Shown here piece after piece: positions 1 to 9,969 of a DNA stretch of 64,000 nt. A program made the translations under genes and the position numbers. The notes below the pieces were generated by a model, which was given only the letters and a program-made list of their open reading frames with translations, did no database searches and was not told where the DNA came from. How positions within the stretch are numbered: the first letter of the stretch is position 1; each line of letters begins with the position of its first letter. Source of the stretch: a virus; the IMG/VR virus record IMGVR_UViG_3300036845_000721, positions 67,445 through 131,444 of that record; one strand, 5' to 3'.

Positions 1-583
1 CGGCCGTGTGCTCCAGGCCGTCTGCGGTCTCGTTCGCGGCCTCGGTCACGGCCTCCCAGCCGAGGAAGCCGCAGCAGTCGGCCCGCTCGCTGCCGTGCTC
101 GTCGGTGACCGTGTACGCGTACGTCTCGCCGTTCAGCCAGAAGCCGTAGGTCTCCACCTCGGCCTCGATCATCCGCTGGGCCTGGGCGAGCTGTTCCGCT
201 GAGCCGTCCCAGTCCGTGCCCTGGCAGTCGGCCCAGATTTCCGGGGTGATGTAGGCCAGGCCCAGCTGCCCGGAATCCCACGGGTCGCGGAACGGGTTGC
301 CGCCGCCCACCGGGGCCACGCTCAGCGCCAGGCCGCTGTGATCGATCATGAAGACGGCCATGACGTACAGCGCGCCCTGCCGGGTCAGGAAGTCTGCTAT
401 CTCGCTCCAGCCGCCGAAGTCGTCCGGGCTTACGTCCGGGTCGTTCGGCAGCGTGTACCGGCGGTGGAACAGGGCCAGCGCGCAGCCGGGGCTGGCGTCC
501 TCGTGCGGGTTGCCGGCGTCCGGGTCGTGCTCGATGTCAACGGTGAATCCGTTGCGCTCGTAGCTTTCCAGGGTGGTGGTCAT
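1..583 (-). CDS. Hypothetical phage protein, runs off the window start (MTTTLESYERNGFTVDIEHDPD...WDSGQLGLAYI...EVETYGFWLNGETY)
   Basis: Translated by hand. ATG at 583, RBS (AGGAG) at about 592-598, open to position 1 with high-GC codon usage. Not in the ORF track. Confidence 0.8.
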   Translation of the reverse strand, partial: MTTTLESYERNGFTVDIEHDPDAGNPHEDASPGCALALFHRRYTLPNDPDVSPDDFGGWSEIADFLTRQGALYVMAVFMIDHSGLALSVAPVGGGNPFRDPWDSGQLGLAYITPEIWADCQGTDWDGSAEQLAQAQRMIEAEVETYGFWLNGETYAYTVTDEHGSERADCCGFLGWEAVTEAANETADGLEHTA

Positions 584-605
584 CGGTTCTGTCTCCTGTT
601 TCTGT

Positions 606-932
606 TCAGCGGCCCGTGCGGCGGCGCTGCCTGCGCAGCGCCCACGAGACGGTAAGGACGATCGCGCCGGGGATCAGCAGCCCGGCCGGGAAGGGCCAGA
701 GCAGCAGCAGTACCAGCCCGAGACCCAGGCTGATCTCGGTGTAGGCCAGCACCAGGCCGGTCACGGCGAGCGGGCTGGTGCGCCGGCCCGCATCCCGGGC
801 GGCGTAGTTGGACAGGTGCCCGAACAGCAGCCCGAACGGGAAGACGAACAGGCCGCCGAGCAGCGCGCACACGGCCAGCGCGTCATTGCGCGCCTCGGCC
901 GGCTCTGGGCGGACGGGGGAGATCTGGTTCAT
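606..932 (-). CDS. DUF4190-like two-TM membrane protein
   Basis: N-x-LAVCALL...FGLLFGH...LAVTGLVLAY pattern. Preceded by the GATCAGGAGACA RBS and an operator. Confidence 0.6.
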   Translation of the reverse strand: MNQISPVRPEPAEARNDALAVCALLGGLFVFPFGLLFGHLSNYAARDAGRRTSPLAVTGLVLAYTEISLGLGLVLLLLWPFPAGLLIPGAIVLTVSWALRRQRRRTGR

Positions 933-984
933 GGTGAGGGTGTCTCCTGATCGTTGAAGGTTGCCGAGTGCAGGATTGCACTCG

Positions 985-2061
985 CTAGCTGGCGGGCCAG
1001 GTTCCGAACACGGCCGGGTCCGGCTCCGGGCCGTCCCCGTCCGGGCTCTCGTCCGGGACGCGGGCTAGCGGCTCGCCCAGCTCGTCCACTTCATGCAGTA
1101 CCCGGCAGGACCGGGCCTTGGCCTTGTCCCCGATCACGACCAGGGTCCGGCGGTCCACCGCGCAGGCCAGGAACCGGGTCGCGCCGCCGTCGTAGCTGCG
1201 GGCGCCGGCCACCGTCGGGCTGAAGTGCAGGCCGCCGCCGCAGTGCTCGCCCGGCTCGTAGTCCTCCGCCGTGACCGTGGCCCCGATCCGGTACTCGGTC
1301 CCGTGGTAGGACAGCAGGCCATCGCGCACCGCCTTGAACATGACCACTTCGCCGTGCGCGGTGGCCAGCCCGTTGTCCCTGATCCACCGGTATCGTTCGG
1401 TGGCCTGGTGCAGCCAGGCGCGGCGCTCGGCCTCGGCGGCGTCCCGGCGGGCTTGCCGGGCTGCCTCCCGCTGACGCCTGATCTCCTCGGGATCGTTCAG
1501 CCGGCGCAGGCCGGCCGGGTTGATGACCTCGCCGTCGCCGTCCACCCTGATCCCGTCGGCGAACATGACCGGCATCTGTTTGGACCCGTAGTCCCGCTGC
1601 CCGGTGCCGTTGCAGTGATAGCACTCGGCCCAGCGCGACAGCGTGATCTTCGGCGGGAAAATCTGCCGGTGCCAGTAGCCGTCGTTATCGTCCCATCCGT
1701 GCTCGTAATACTCGCGGTAGCCGGGCTGAACGACCCGGCCGGCGCCGCTGCATATGCGGCACGTGCGCAGCTTCGGCGGCGTCCGCGGGTCGTTCTTGGT
1801 CCACACCGCCCAGATGCCGCGCTCGCTGTAGACGCGGGCCGGGCCGTAGCCGTTGATCCGCTGCTTGGTCGTGGTCGTTTCCCAGCCGCCCGTGCTCAGC
1901 GTGAACGTGCCGTCCGGGTGGATCGTCACGACGTCGGTGTAGTGGTAGCGGATCGCGTAGCCGTTGCCGCGCGGGTACAGGTAGGTGTTATTGCCCAGCC
2001 GCCGCCGGCCGCTGCGGGAGCGGCGCATCAGCGCCTCGGCCTCGCTGAACGTGATTGTCAT
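985..2061 (-). CDS. Multidomain hypothetical protein with a DnaJ-type Zn-finger pair (CRICSGAG, CYHCNGTG) and a C-terminal C-GGGLHF domain
   Basis: ORF track, CxxCxGxG motifs, conserved RBS motif upstream. Confidence 0.75.
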   Translation of the reverse strand: MTITFSEAEALMRRSRSGRRRLGNNTYLYPRGNGYAIRYHYTDVVTIHPDGTFTLSTGGWETTTTKQRINGYGPARVYSERGIWAVWTKNDPRTPPKLRTCRICSGAGRVVQPGYREYYEHGWDDNDGYWHRQIFPPKITLSRWAECYHCNGTGQRDYGSKQMPVMFADGIRVDGDGEVINPAGLRRLNDPEEIRRQREAARQARRDAAEAERRAWLHQATERYRWIRDNGLATAHGEVVMFKAVRDGLLSYHGTEYRIGATVTAEDYEPGEHCGGGLHFSPTVAGARSYDGGATRFLACAVDRRTLVVIGDKAKARSCRVLHEVDELGEPLARVPDESPDGDGPEPDPAVFGTWPAS

Positions 2062-2100
2062 CGGTGTCTCCTGATCTTGATTTTCCGGTCAGCCGGAAAG

Positions 2101-2619
2101 TTACCGGTCGGTCTCGGTTTCGCGGCGCACGATGATCCGCCCGGTGTAGCAGCGGTCGCCGTGCCGGACGTGGCGCAGGCCGGTGCCCAGCGAATCCGGA
2201 TGCAGTTCCATGTGGTGCTCAACGCACAGGAAGGTCACCGTCTCGCCCGGGCCGGTCCTGCGGGCGCGCACGGCTGCCTGGCGGTCGATGAGCACGACGC
2301 CGCTGCCGTCCCGCCAGCCGCGCGGGCGGGCGTGCGGGCCGGCGTTCGGCCCGTGATGGTGGGTGCTGCTGCCGAGCCGGTGATGTTCTCCGGCGTGCTC
2401 GCGGGACAGCTCGTTATCGGACCGGCCGAGCAGCCGGATACGCGGGTGCAGTAGCCGGACGTGCTCGCGGATGCCTGGCTGCTTCACCTGGATGACGATG
2501 TGCGGGTGCGGCGGGTCATTGTGGACGTAGACCAGCGTTGCCGAGTCGGCCGTCTGCTCGATGATCTTGTAGTCATCGGTGCTCATGAGCAGCCAGATAG
2601 CCCGCTCCAGATCGGTCAT
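2101..2619 (-). CDS. Hypothetical protein
   Basis: ORF with upstream GGAGG, tightly packed between neighbours. Confidence 0.55.
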   Translation of the reverse strand: MTDLERAIWLLMSTDDYKIIEQTADSATLVYVHNDPPHPHIVIQVKQPGIREHVRLLHPRIRLLGRSDNELSREHAGEHHRLGSSTHHHGPNAGPHARPRGWRDGSGVVLIDRQAAVRARRTGPGETVTFLCVEHHMELHPDSLGTGLRHVRHGDRCYTGRIIVRRETETDR

Positions 2620-2622
2620 GGC

Positions 2623-3017
2623 TCAGCCCTCCTGCCCGTGCACCCAGTCCGGCAGAATCCACACAGGCCGGTGATCGCCGGTCTTGCGCAGCTGACGGGC
2701 GTCGTCCTCGGTTACCGCGTCGTCCGGCAGCGCCTCCCACACCGGCTCGGTTTCGTGGCCGGCCGTGATGACGGTCGGGACGGCCAGGCCGGCGCCGTAC
2801 ACGTGGAGCGTCCTGCTGAGCACGTCGGCAGTGTCGTAGTCCAGCGAGACGACCAGGATGCCGTCCCGCACGTAGGCGTACACCTGCACGCCGGCGATCT
2901 CGATGCACGGCGGCGCGTACGTCCCGTTGTTGTCCGCCGCGCTCACGGCCGGGTGGAAGACCGCGCCGGCGTTGACGAGACGGTCGCTGACGCCCAGGGC
3001 GTCCTTGGAAAACTCAT
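2623..3017 (-). CDS. Hypothetical protein
   Basis: ATG at 3017 with AGGAG upstream, typical composition. Confidence 0.7.
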
Positions 3018-3024
3018 TCACGGG

Positions 3025-3357
3025 TTATCTCTCCTGTTCTGCGGCCCGCGCGCAGCCGGGGCAGATGACCCGGCGGCCGTGGCCGTCATAGCTCTCGCGG
3101 ATCTCGGTACCGTCCAGCGGCAGGCCGCACAGCAGCACCGACGCGAAGTCATGGGCGTAGTGGATGAAGTCACCGAACCTGGTCCGCAGCAGGCAGCCGC
3201 GCCAGGCCGGGACCGGCGGCGCGGGCGATTCGGTGACGGCGTGGCCGCGCGAGCGGCCGGTGTCGAAGTGGGTCTGCCGGGCCTCGCAGCGGCGCTCGCG
3301 CGCCCGGTCCCGGGCCGGCCGCATCCGCCGGACTTTGTCTTGCGGTCGCATGGTCAC
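3025..3357 (-). CDS. Hypothetical protein with Cys pairs (LCG...CPGC)
   Basis: ORF coupled to the upstream gene by a 4-bp overlap. Confidence 0.6.
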   Translation of the reverse strand: MTMRPQDKVRRMRPARDRARERRCEARQTHFDTGRSRGHAVTESPAPPVPAWRGCLLRTRFGDFIHYAHDFASVLLCGLPLDGTEIRESYDGHGRRVICPGCARAAEQER

Positions 3358-3686
3358 AGGTTCCTGAATCCGACGAACCAGCCGTTGCCGGAGTCGTCGG
3401 TGCCGTGCGTGTCCTCGCGGTCGCAGTAGGCCACGGCATCGTCTCGCGTGACGTAGCCGAGATGCGCGTTCGCGTCCGCGAGACGTTCACGGAACAGCAC
3501 CAGCTCCACGCTGGTCTCGTCCGTGTCACATGCGTCCACGAGATCGGGCAGCTCGGGCAGCGCGCGGATCAGCCGCAGTTCCCCGGTCGGCACCTCCGTG
3601 ATCGCTTCCTTCTCGCCCCGTTCGATAGCGCCGGACACGTGGTACCTCAGCGCTGCATGCGGATCGCTGAATGAGGGCATGGTCAT
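3354..3686 (-). CDS. Hypothetical protein
   Basis: ORF with the GATCAGGAGA motif immediately upstream. Confidence 0.7.
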   Translation of the reverse strand: MTMPSFSDPHAALRYHVSGAIERGEKEAITEVPTGELRLIRALPELPDLVDACDTDETSVELVLFRERLADANAHLGYVTRDDAVAYCDREDTHGTDDSGNGWFVGFRNL

Positions 3687-3698
3687 GTCTCCTGATCT

Positions 3699-4265
3699 TC
3701 AGTAGGTGTCGCGCATCAGCCGGGCCAGCTTGTCGCCGGCGGTGATCAGCCGGGCCGCCGTCAGTAGCGGCTTGCCTGGCGTGTCGCGGTGCGCGGCTTC
3801 GGCGGCGTCTTCCCATTCCGCGAGCGCGGTCTCCCGCGCGGCAGCGGCGGCGGCACGCTCGTTTTCCTCCAGCCGGGCGCACAGCACCATGTGCCGCACG
3901 TGCCCCCGGCCCTGGAACCACTTGACGATGATGTGCTGGCAGTGGCAGCCCATGTTCCGCTCGAACTGGATGTCGCTGCGCAGCGAGCCGCGCCGCCGCC
4001 ACCGGCACACCGCGACCGGGCCGACGCCGCGTCGCCACGACGATCCGCCCAGCCAGTTGCCGTTGTCCCAGTCCGGTCCTTTGACGCCGGCCGCGTTGTG
4101 CCAGAACAGCCCGTTCCAGCCCAGCACCCAGCCGAACCGGAACCGGCTGGACCACGGGGTCAGGTGGAACGACGTGCCGCGCAGGTACCTGATGTGCGGC
4201 CGGCGCGGCGGGTCGGCTTCCGCCGGCCTGCCGATGCCGATAGCGCCTGGCAGCCAGTGGCTCAT
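3699..4265 (-). CDS. Hypothetical protein (start re-called at MSHWLPG)
   Basis: ATGA overlap with the upstream gene stop and a GGAGG upstream. Confidence 0.55.
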   Translation of the reverse strand: MSHWLPGAIGIGRPAEADPPRRPHIRYLRGTSFHLTPWSSRFRFGWVLGWNGLFWHNAAGVKGPDWDNGNWLGGSSWRRGVGPVAVCRWRRRGSLRSDIQFERNMGCHCQHIIVKWFQGRGHVRHMVLCARLEENERAAAAAARETALAEWEDAAEAAHRDTPGKPLLTAARLITAGDKLARLMRDTY

Positions 4266-4654
4266 GATGCGTCCCTCCGGTCCGCGTGGCAGCCGGTCTG
4301 GCCGCAGCCCGCGCAGTAGCCGTCCTCGCCGATCTCGGTCAGGTCGTCGGTGTCCACGACGTGCTCGCGGTCGTCGCCGACCATCACCGCGCGGACGTAG
4401 CCGGAGCGCGGGACCAGCTCCGGCTCGCTGTAGAGGTAGCAGTCCGGGTCGTGGCACTCCGGGTCGTTCTCGTCGCAGATGTCGTAGACGTGCGCCGGGT
4501 TGCCGCAGGCCAGCTCCCACGACTCCTGGGTCCACTCCATGTCCCAGCCGTGCAGCCAGAACGCCACGCCGCGCATCCCGGCCACGGTGTACCGCGCCTC
4601 GAAGTCGATGCCGTTCTCGGTCCCGGTCACAGCCGGGCCGCTGTACCTGGTCAT
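4262..4654 (-). CDS. Hypothetical acidic Cys-containing protein (start MTRYSG)
   Basis: ATGA coupling with the upstream gene and a GGAGG upstream. Confidence 0.7.
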   Translation of the reverse strand: MTRYSGPAVTGTENGIDFEARYTVAGMRGVAFWLHGWDMEWTQESWELACGNPAHVYDICDENDPECHDPDCYLYSEPELVPRSGYVRAVMVGDDREHVVDTDDLTEIGEDGYCAGCGQTGCHADRRDAS

Positions 4655-5313
4655 GACGCCTCCATGTCGTTGGTTCCGGTCGGCTGGGTGATGATGACCT
4701 TGTCCAGCCGGCCCAGCTCGGCGCGCAGGTCCTGGATCGCCGCGCAGCGCGAGCAGGTCAGCATGTCCTGGAACGGGACGGCGTGACCGGGGCACATGCT
4801 GAACGTGCAGTCCATGGCCAGCAGGGTGTCGATGGCGAGCTGGAGCGCGTGCCGCGCGATGCCCGGGTGGTCTTCGTCCTTGCTGCGCGGCGGGAGCGCG
4901 TCCAGCTCACGGCGGCGAAGGCGGATGTGTTCCATGACATCGGCCAGCTCACGGCGGGCGTCGGCGGGAACGGCGTCCAGCTCGCGCCGGGCGCTGGATA
5001 TCTCACTGCGCAGCCCGTCCAGCTCACGCCGGGCGGCGGCGGCCCGCGCGCTCCGGGACGGGGCCGCGCTCGCGGCCGGTGCCCAGTGCGGCCCGTCCGG
5101 CGTGTCGGTGACGGTGCCCAGGAACGTGCCCGGGTGATGGCCGGAGCTGCCCCCGGTCATCCAGACCGCGACCCGGTCCCGGCCCTTGTCATCCTCGCCG
5201 ATGCACACTCTCACGCCGGCGTGCCAGCCGCGCGTGTGCGCCTCGCAGCCGGCCTTCATCCCGGCCCCGTAGTTCTTGCCGCGCCGGTTGTCGTAGTCGT
5301 GATAGAACCTCAT
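4651..5313 (-). CDS. Hypothetical protein with a coiled coil and C-x4-C...CSRC
   Basis: ORF with conserved RBS motif and operator B upstream. Confidence 0.7.
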   Translation of the reverse strand: MRFYHDYDNRRGKNYGAGMKAGCEAHTRGWHAGVRVCIGEDDKGRDRVAVWMTGGSSGHHPGTFLGTVTDTPDGPHWAPAASAAPSRSARAAAARRELDGLRSEISSARRELDAVPADARRELADVMEHIRLRRRELDALPPRSKDEDHPGIARHALQLAIDTLLAMDCTFSMCPGHAVPFQDMLTCSRCAAIQDLRAELGRLDKVIITQPTGTNDMEAS

Positions 5314-5368
5314 GATCGTTCTCCTGATCCTTGGTCGGTCAGTATGATTTTCCGGTCAGCCGGAATGT

Positions 5369-5773
5369 TCAGGCGTCCGCGGTCTCCCACAGGTACGCGT
5401 CGTACTCGCCGCCCAGGAACTCGCGCAGCTTCCTGGTCTGCTCGCACACGGCGCGGTACAGGCTTACGGAATCCCCGGTGTCTGTGCCGTACTCGCGTGC
5501 CCAGTCCGCGTAGTCGCGGGAGTTGTCCAGGCTGGCCGCGTCGGCGGTCGTGCACGCCAGCACGTCATAGGCGTCCGGGATGCGCCCGTTGTGACCCGGT
5601 CCCATGTAGAACGGCAGCTTGAGGTCGCGCTTGCCGGGCCGGGACAGCGTGAGGTCCCACCAGTCCCCGTCACGCCGGTCGCTGCCGGCGATGACGGCCG
5701 GCGGCCGGTTCCGGCGCTTGGCGGCGGTGACGCCGATGTGGTCCGCGCGGATGCGCTCGGTGAGCGTTGTCAT
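5369..5773 (-). CDS. Hypothetical phage protein
   Basis: ORF with GAGGAGG RBS. Confidence 0.75.
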   Translation of the reverse strand: MTTLTERIRADHIGVTAAKRRNRPPAVIAGSDRRDGDWWDLTLSRPGKRDLKLPFYMGPGHNGRIPDAYDVLACTTADAASLDNSRDYADWAREYGTDTGDSVSLYRAVCEQTRKLREFLGGEYDAYLWETADA

Positions 5774-5784
5774 GGCGTGCCTCC

Positions 5785-6102
5785 TCAGTGCCGGTGCGTG
5801 ACGGTGATCGTTGCGGTGCCCTCACCAGGGAAGTCCGGTGAGCCGGGGTCGGCGTCGCGGGCGTCGCAGCGCTCGCCGATCACCCGCGCGTCCGGTAGCT
5901 CCAGCTCGTACTCGCCGCCCATGTCGTAGCGCGGCACGTCCGGCGCTGACGGCGCGCCGTTCAGCAGGTCTCGTTCGCGCTGGCGGACGTTGATGACGGG
6001 ATGCTCGCGCCATTCGCCGGCGTCGTAGACGGTGACCGTCATGCCGTTGGACAGCTCCACGGTCACCGACGGCAGTTCGACGGTGCGCAGTTGCAGTTTC
6101 AT
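5785..6102 (-). CDS. Hypothetical protein
   Basis: ORF with conserved RBS motif. Confidence 0.7.
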   Translation of the reverse strand: MKLQLRTVELPSVTVELSNGMTVTVYDAGEWREHPVINVRQRERDLLNGAPSAPDVPRYDMGGEYELELPDARVIGERCDARDADPGSPDFPGEGTATITVTHRH

Positions 6103-6192
6103 GATCGTTCTCCTGATCCTGTTCGGTCAGTATGGTTGGGCGGGTGCCGGCGCGCGGGCCTGGATGCGGTCCGCGCGCCGGCGTAGTCGGGG

Positions 6193-6327
6193 CTACCAGC
6201 CGTTGCCGGCGATGACCAGCTTGGCCTGGACGACTGGGTCCTGGTACGCCTCCACCGCCGGCCGGTGCACGACCGGCGGCTGCGGCGCAGGGTCCGGACC
6301 GTCCAGGACTATGGTGCTCGCGTTCAT
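6193..6327 (-). CDS. Small hypothetical protein (44 aa, MNASTIVLDG...)
   Basis: Translated by hand, exact GATCAGGAGACA motif upstream. Confidence 0.5.
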   Translation of the reverse strand: MNASTIVLDGPDPAPQPPVVHRPAVEAYQDPVVQAKLVIAGNGW

Positions 6328-6364
6328 CTGTCTCCTGATCTGGTGATGCGGTGCCGGCGGCCGG

Positions 6365-6877
6365 TCAGCCGCCGGAGGTCACTGTGTGCGTGTAGGTCCG
6401 GGTGCCGGCCTTCGACACGGCCCATTTGCGGACGTCCTGCCACCAGCGCGGGTAGCTGCGCTCGTCCCGGTAGACGTTCTCGGTGTAGTGCGCGCCGGTC
6501 TTGCTGCGGCTGGTGATGCGCTCCCACTTCTGGTAGTCGTGGCCGCAGGCGTACTTGTGCACCCAGGTCTGCCGGACCGTGCCGGCTGACGACACCGAGT
6601 AGCTGTAGCTGTTCGTCGTCGTGCACGCGGTCGTGCGCGCGGCGGTCAGCACGGCCGCTGTAACGTGCGACGGGGCCGGCTGCGAGTGCGCGGGCGGCCC
6701 CGACGGCTGCCCGGACAGCAGCGCCATCGTCAGCATGCCGGCCGCTGCGGCGACCGCCAGCACGGCCAGCGCGAGCAGGACGGCGCGGCGCGGGAACGGT
6801 GCTGGCCTGGCGCGGCGGCCGGTGTTGCGGAGCGCGATCGCGTACGAGGGCGATCCGGTGTGACGGTTTGCGGACAT
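6365..6877 (-). CDS. Membrane-anchored or secreted protein
   Basis: Basic N-terminus, hydrophobic TM, Pro-rich linker; RBS motif and operator B upstream. Confidence 0.7.
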   Translation of the reverse strand: MSANRHTGSPSYAIALRNTGRRARPAPFPRRAVLLALAVLAVAAAAGMLTMALLSGQPSGPPAHSQPAPSHVTAAVLTAARTTACTTTNSYSYSVSSAGTVRQTWVHKYACGHDYQKWERITSRSKTGAHYTENVYRDERSYPRWWQDVRKWAVSKAGTRTYTHTVTSGG

Positions 6878-6931
6878 GAATCCTGTCTCCTGATCTGTTG
6901 TTGATCTTCCGGTCGGTCGGAAAGTCTCGGG

Positions 6932-7306
6932 TCAGGCCGGCGTGAGCGCCGTCCAGGCGGTGAGCTGCATGTTCTCGCGCATCTCGTAGTACCTCGGCTT
7001 GCGCGGGTCCGGGTCCTCGTCCCACAGCCGGCGCAGGACTGCGCGCTGCGCGTCGGTCAGCGTCAGGTCACCGCGCTTGAACACTGACCGGCCGTTGCTG
7101 TCCTGCCAGTTCGCGTACGCGTCCCGCACCGGGAGCATCATCCCGCGCCGCTGCGCGTTGTAATCGGCCCACGCGGCGGCGAAGGCGCCGGCGAACGCGG
7201 TCTCGCCGTCGGTCGCGCCGGCCGGCGTGGCGGCGGGCGTGCCGGTGCTGTCCTGGCTGGCCCAGGCGTAGCCCAGCGCGAGCCACCTGGCCTCATCGGG
7301 TGCCAT
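6932..7306 (-). CDS. Hypothetical protein
   Basis: ORF with GGAGG upstream. Confidence 0.7.
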   Translation of the reverse strand: MAPDEARWLALGYAWASQDSTGTPAATPAGATDGETAFAGAFAAAWADYNAQRRGMMLPVRDAYANWQDSNGRSVFKRGDLTLTDAQRAVLRRLWDEDPDPRKPRYYEMRENMQLTAWTALTPA

Positions 7307-7309
7307 GGC

Positions 7310-7702
7310 TCAGACCTCCGCCCCGGTCAGCGCGGCCAGCTCGGACAGCGCCGCGTCCACGGTGATGCCGTGCATGATGGCGCGGGTGAGGATGTCGTAC
7401 ACCTCGTCGGACTCCCAGGCCCGCCCGTAGATCAGCGTGAACGAGTCCGAGATGAGGTTGACCTGGCCGCGGATGTACTCGGCGTTGGGCTCGCCCGGCT
7501 CGGTCAGGTCCCGCGCCGCTTCCAGCACGCGGCGCAGGCTCGCCTGCTCGTGCTCGCCGTACGGTTTCCGGGCGCGCACCGCTGCGGTCAGCAACGCCAG
7601 GGCGTCATGCTCGTGGGCGCGCCCTGCCAGGGCCTCGTCAGCCAGGTGGAGCGCGATAGCCAGCGGGATGACGGGAGTCGCGGGCGGCTGGTTAACGGTC
7701 AC
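7310..7702 (-). CDS. Hypothetical protein ending LAALTGAEV
   Basis: GTG start with GGAGG upstream. Confidence 0.7.
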   Translation of the reverse strand: MTVNQPPATPVIPLAIALHLADEALAGRAHEHDALALLTAAVRARKPYGEHEQASLRRVLEAARDLTEPGEPNAEYIRGQVNLISDSFTLIYGRAWESDEVYDILTRAIMHGITVDAALSELAALTGAEV

Positions 7703-7706
7703 TGGC

Positions 7707-8093
7707 CTAGACCTCCGCCCCGGTCAGCGCGGCCAGCACGTTGCGGCGGCGCAGGATCTCCGGGTCGGTCCCGGCCGGCAGCTCGTCCGTGAGGCCGGCG
7801 GTCCGGTAGGCCTTGATCGCCGCCTCCGCCAGCTCCGCGTCCGGTCCGGTCATCGCCCCGAAGTAGAGCCGGCGGTGCGACTCGTCCGGGATGTAGGTGC
7901 CGTCGCCGGGCTCCCCCGCCCACAGCTGGACGATGTCGTTGTAGCCGTGGTAGTCGCCGGCGGCCATGGACAGGTGCTCGTACATCGCGGCCACGCCCTG
8001 CCGGAACTCGGCCAGCTTCGGATCGGAGGCGGCCAGGTACCGGTTCGCCGCCGCGCGGATCTCGCTGACTCGCATGGTTTTTCTCATGATCAT
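7707..8093 (-). CDS. Hypothetical protein ending LAALTGAEV
   Basis: Start re-called at the ATG after the RBS motif and operator A. Confidence 0.7.
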   Translation of the reverse strand: MIMRKTMRVSEIRAAANRYLAASDPKLAEFRQGVAAMYEHLSMAAGDYHGYNDIVQLWAGEPGDGTYIPDESHRRLYFGAMTGPDAELAEAAIKAYRTAGLTDELPAGTDPEILRRRNVLAALTGAEV

Positions 8094-8288
8094 TTTCTCC
8101 TGATCTTCGGTGCGGAGTGCAGGATTGCACTCGGATGTGAACCGGCAGCCGGCCGGGGAAACCGCACGCACCCGGTCACCCGGGTCCGTTCCATACCCGC
8201 CAGCGGCGGGAGCGGCTGCCTTACGCGGGCCTGCGGACGGAACCTGACCGTGCCGCTCACCCCTGTCCCGGCCGGCTGCCGGAGTCTG

Positions 8289-9005
8289 TTACTCGGTCGT
8301 CAGCCGGTAGCCGTCCGGCTGGATGGCAGCGAGCCGCCGCCACTCGGCTTCGCCGTGGACCAGGAAAGCGTCGGTCAGCTCTCCGTCGGTGTCGCGGACG
8401 TAAGCCATGGCCGGGTAAGTAGTCGGCACATCGCTCTCGTTGCTGTCGTCGGTGTCCGGGCGGTCGCAGCTCCAGAAACCCAGCTCCCCGCCGGCGTCCC
8501 ACGACGATTCACAGCCGGCCAGCTCGCAGTCGGCGCAGACCAGGTCGGTGCCGTCCGCGCTGATCACCGTCTCCCCGCAGCACGGGCAGTCGTAGTAGCC
8601 CGGCTCGCGGAATGGCACCCGGCGGAACACGATCGCCCAGCCGGCCGCTTCCTCGGAGTCGTCCAGCGTCTCCACCGTGACCGCCGCGTACAGGCCGGGC
8701 CGGCGGACGATGTCCTCGGCGAGATGCCCGCCGATGTACTCCGACGCGTGCATGATCGCCGGCGCGAAGTTGCCCTGCTGCCCGCTGTAGCCGTCGGTGA
8801 ACGTTCCCCAGCCCGCGGCCTCGATGCCCGCGACCCACGCGTCATAGTCGGCCTGGAGGATCTGCCCGTCCGCGTCGGTGCCGATCACCGACTCCGGCGC
8901 GTGCACATCCGCCGGCCCGTCGCTCACGCGGCCTCTGGCGTCCACTGAGATCACGTGATCGAAATCCATCTCGGCGCTGAGCCAGTCAGCGTGACCGATT
9001 CCCAT
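8289..9005 (-). CDS. Acidic hypothetical protein with CPCC/CxxC Zn ribbon (start MGIGHADW)
   Basis: Start re-called downstream of operator B; coding-like composition. Confidence 0.7.
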   Translation of the reverse strand: MGIGHADWLSAEMDFDHVISVDARGRVSDGPADVHAPESVIGTDADGQILQADYDAWVAGIEAAGWGTFTDGYSGQQGNFAPAIMHASEYIGGHLAEDIVRRPGLYAAVTVETLDDSEEAAGWAIVFRRVPFREPGYYDCPCCGETVISADGTDLVCADCELAGCESSWDAGGELGFWSCDRPDTDDSNESDVPTTYPAMAYVRDTDGELTDAFLVHGEAEWRRLAAIQPDGYRLTTE

Positions 9006-9046
9006 GGTCGTTTTTCCCTTCTCGATATTCCGGTTAACCGGAAAGT

Positions 9047-9415
9047 TCAGGCCAGGATGCTGACGCAGTCCAGGCAGGTGATGGCGCGGCGGTGCAGCGC
9101 GGCGCGCCCGCCCTCGTCGCTGGATACGCCCGTCGCCCGGCCGCAGACCGGCGGCTCGCGCCACAGCGGCCGGTCGTCGTGCAGGGTGTCCAGGTCGATG
9201 GCGTGCACGGTGCCGTCGTCGTGCTCCACGCCGACGTAGCCGCGCGGCGTGAGCATGACGGCTGCGAGCCGGCTCATCCGCTCGCCCTCGGCGTGCAGGT
9301 ACGCGGCCAGCTCCAGGATGCCGGCGTGGTCGGCCGGCGTGATCCGGGGATCGGCGGCGCACGCGGCGCACGTCTCTACGGGGTCGGTGTGGAATCCGGG
9401 TTCGGGCCTGCTCAT
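9047..9415 (-). CDS. Hypothetical protein with CxxC motifs
   Basis: ATGA coupling with the upstream gene. Confidence 0.7.
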   Translation of the reverse strand: MSRPEPGFHTDPVETCAACAADPRITPADHAGILELAAYLHAEGERMSRLAAVMLTPRGYVGVEHDDGTVHAIDLDTLHDDRPLWREPPVCGRATGVSSDEGGRAALHRRAITCLDCVSILA

Positions 9416-9969
9416 GACACGCCTGCCGCGTACAGGCCGGCGCCGTCGGCTTCCATGCGCGCGATGTCAGCCTCGTCCGTGCTGGCCGGCTCCGGCTGGA
9501 ACCAGAACACGACCGCGTCCCGCGACCCGCCGAGGTTGCTTCCGCAGACGTCGCACGCGGACCAGGTGAACGTCAGCTGCTCGCACTCGCAGTCGCCGCC
9601 ACGGTCGGACTCGGTCTCCAGCTCGTGGCCGCGCGCCACGGTCAGCCGGGCGCCGGCCGGGATCTCCCAGTGCGCCGCCTCCATCGCGTCGGCGTAGCTG
9701 CCCGCGAGCACTTCCACCGTGCCCCGGACCATCGACCCGCGCACGCGGTGCGGGACCAGGTAGGTCACGGTCCAGTTGGACCGGCAGTCGTGGCCCTCGC
9801 GGAACATGCCCAGCGTGACCTCGCAGCCCTCGGTGTAGTGCGCGATCCGCGCCTGCCACTCGGTTATCTCGGCTGGCGTCCAGTCCGCCGGCGCGTCGCC
9901 GTTGGCCAGCAGGAACAGGCAGTCGGTGCAGCACCAGCCGCTGAACGTCTGGTCTCGGTTCATGGTCAT
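9412..9969 (-). CDS. Cys-rich hypothetical protein (CCTDC...FTWSACDVCGS)
   Basis: ORF with RBS motif and operator A upstream. Confidence 0.75.
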   Translation of the reverse strand: MTMNRDQTFSGWCCTDCLFLLANGDAPADWTPAEITEWQARIAHYTEGCEVTLGMFREGHDCRSNWTVTYLVPHRVRGSMVRGTVEVLAGSYADAMEAAHWEIPAGARLTVARGHELETESDRGGDCECEQLTFTWSACDVCGSNLGGSRDAVVFWFQPEPASTDEADIARMEADGAGLYAAGVS

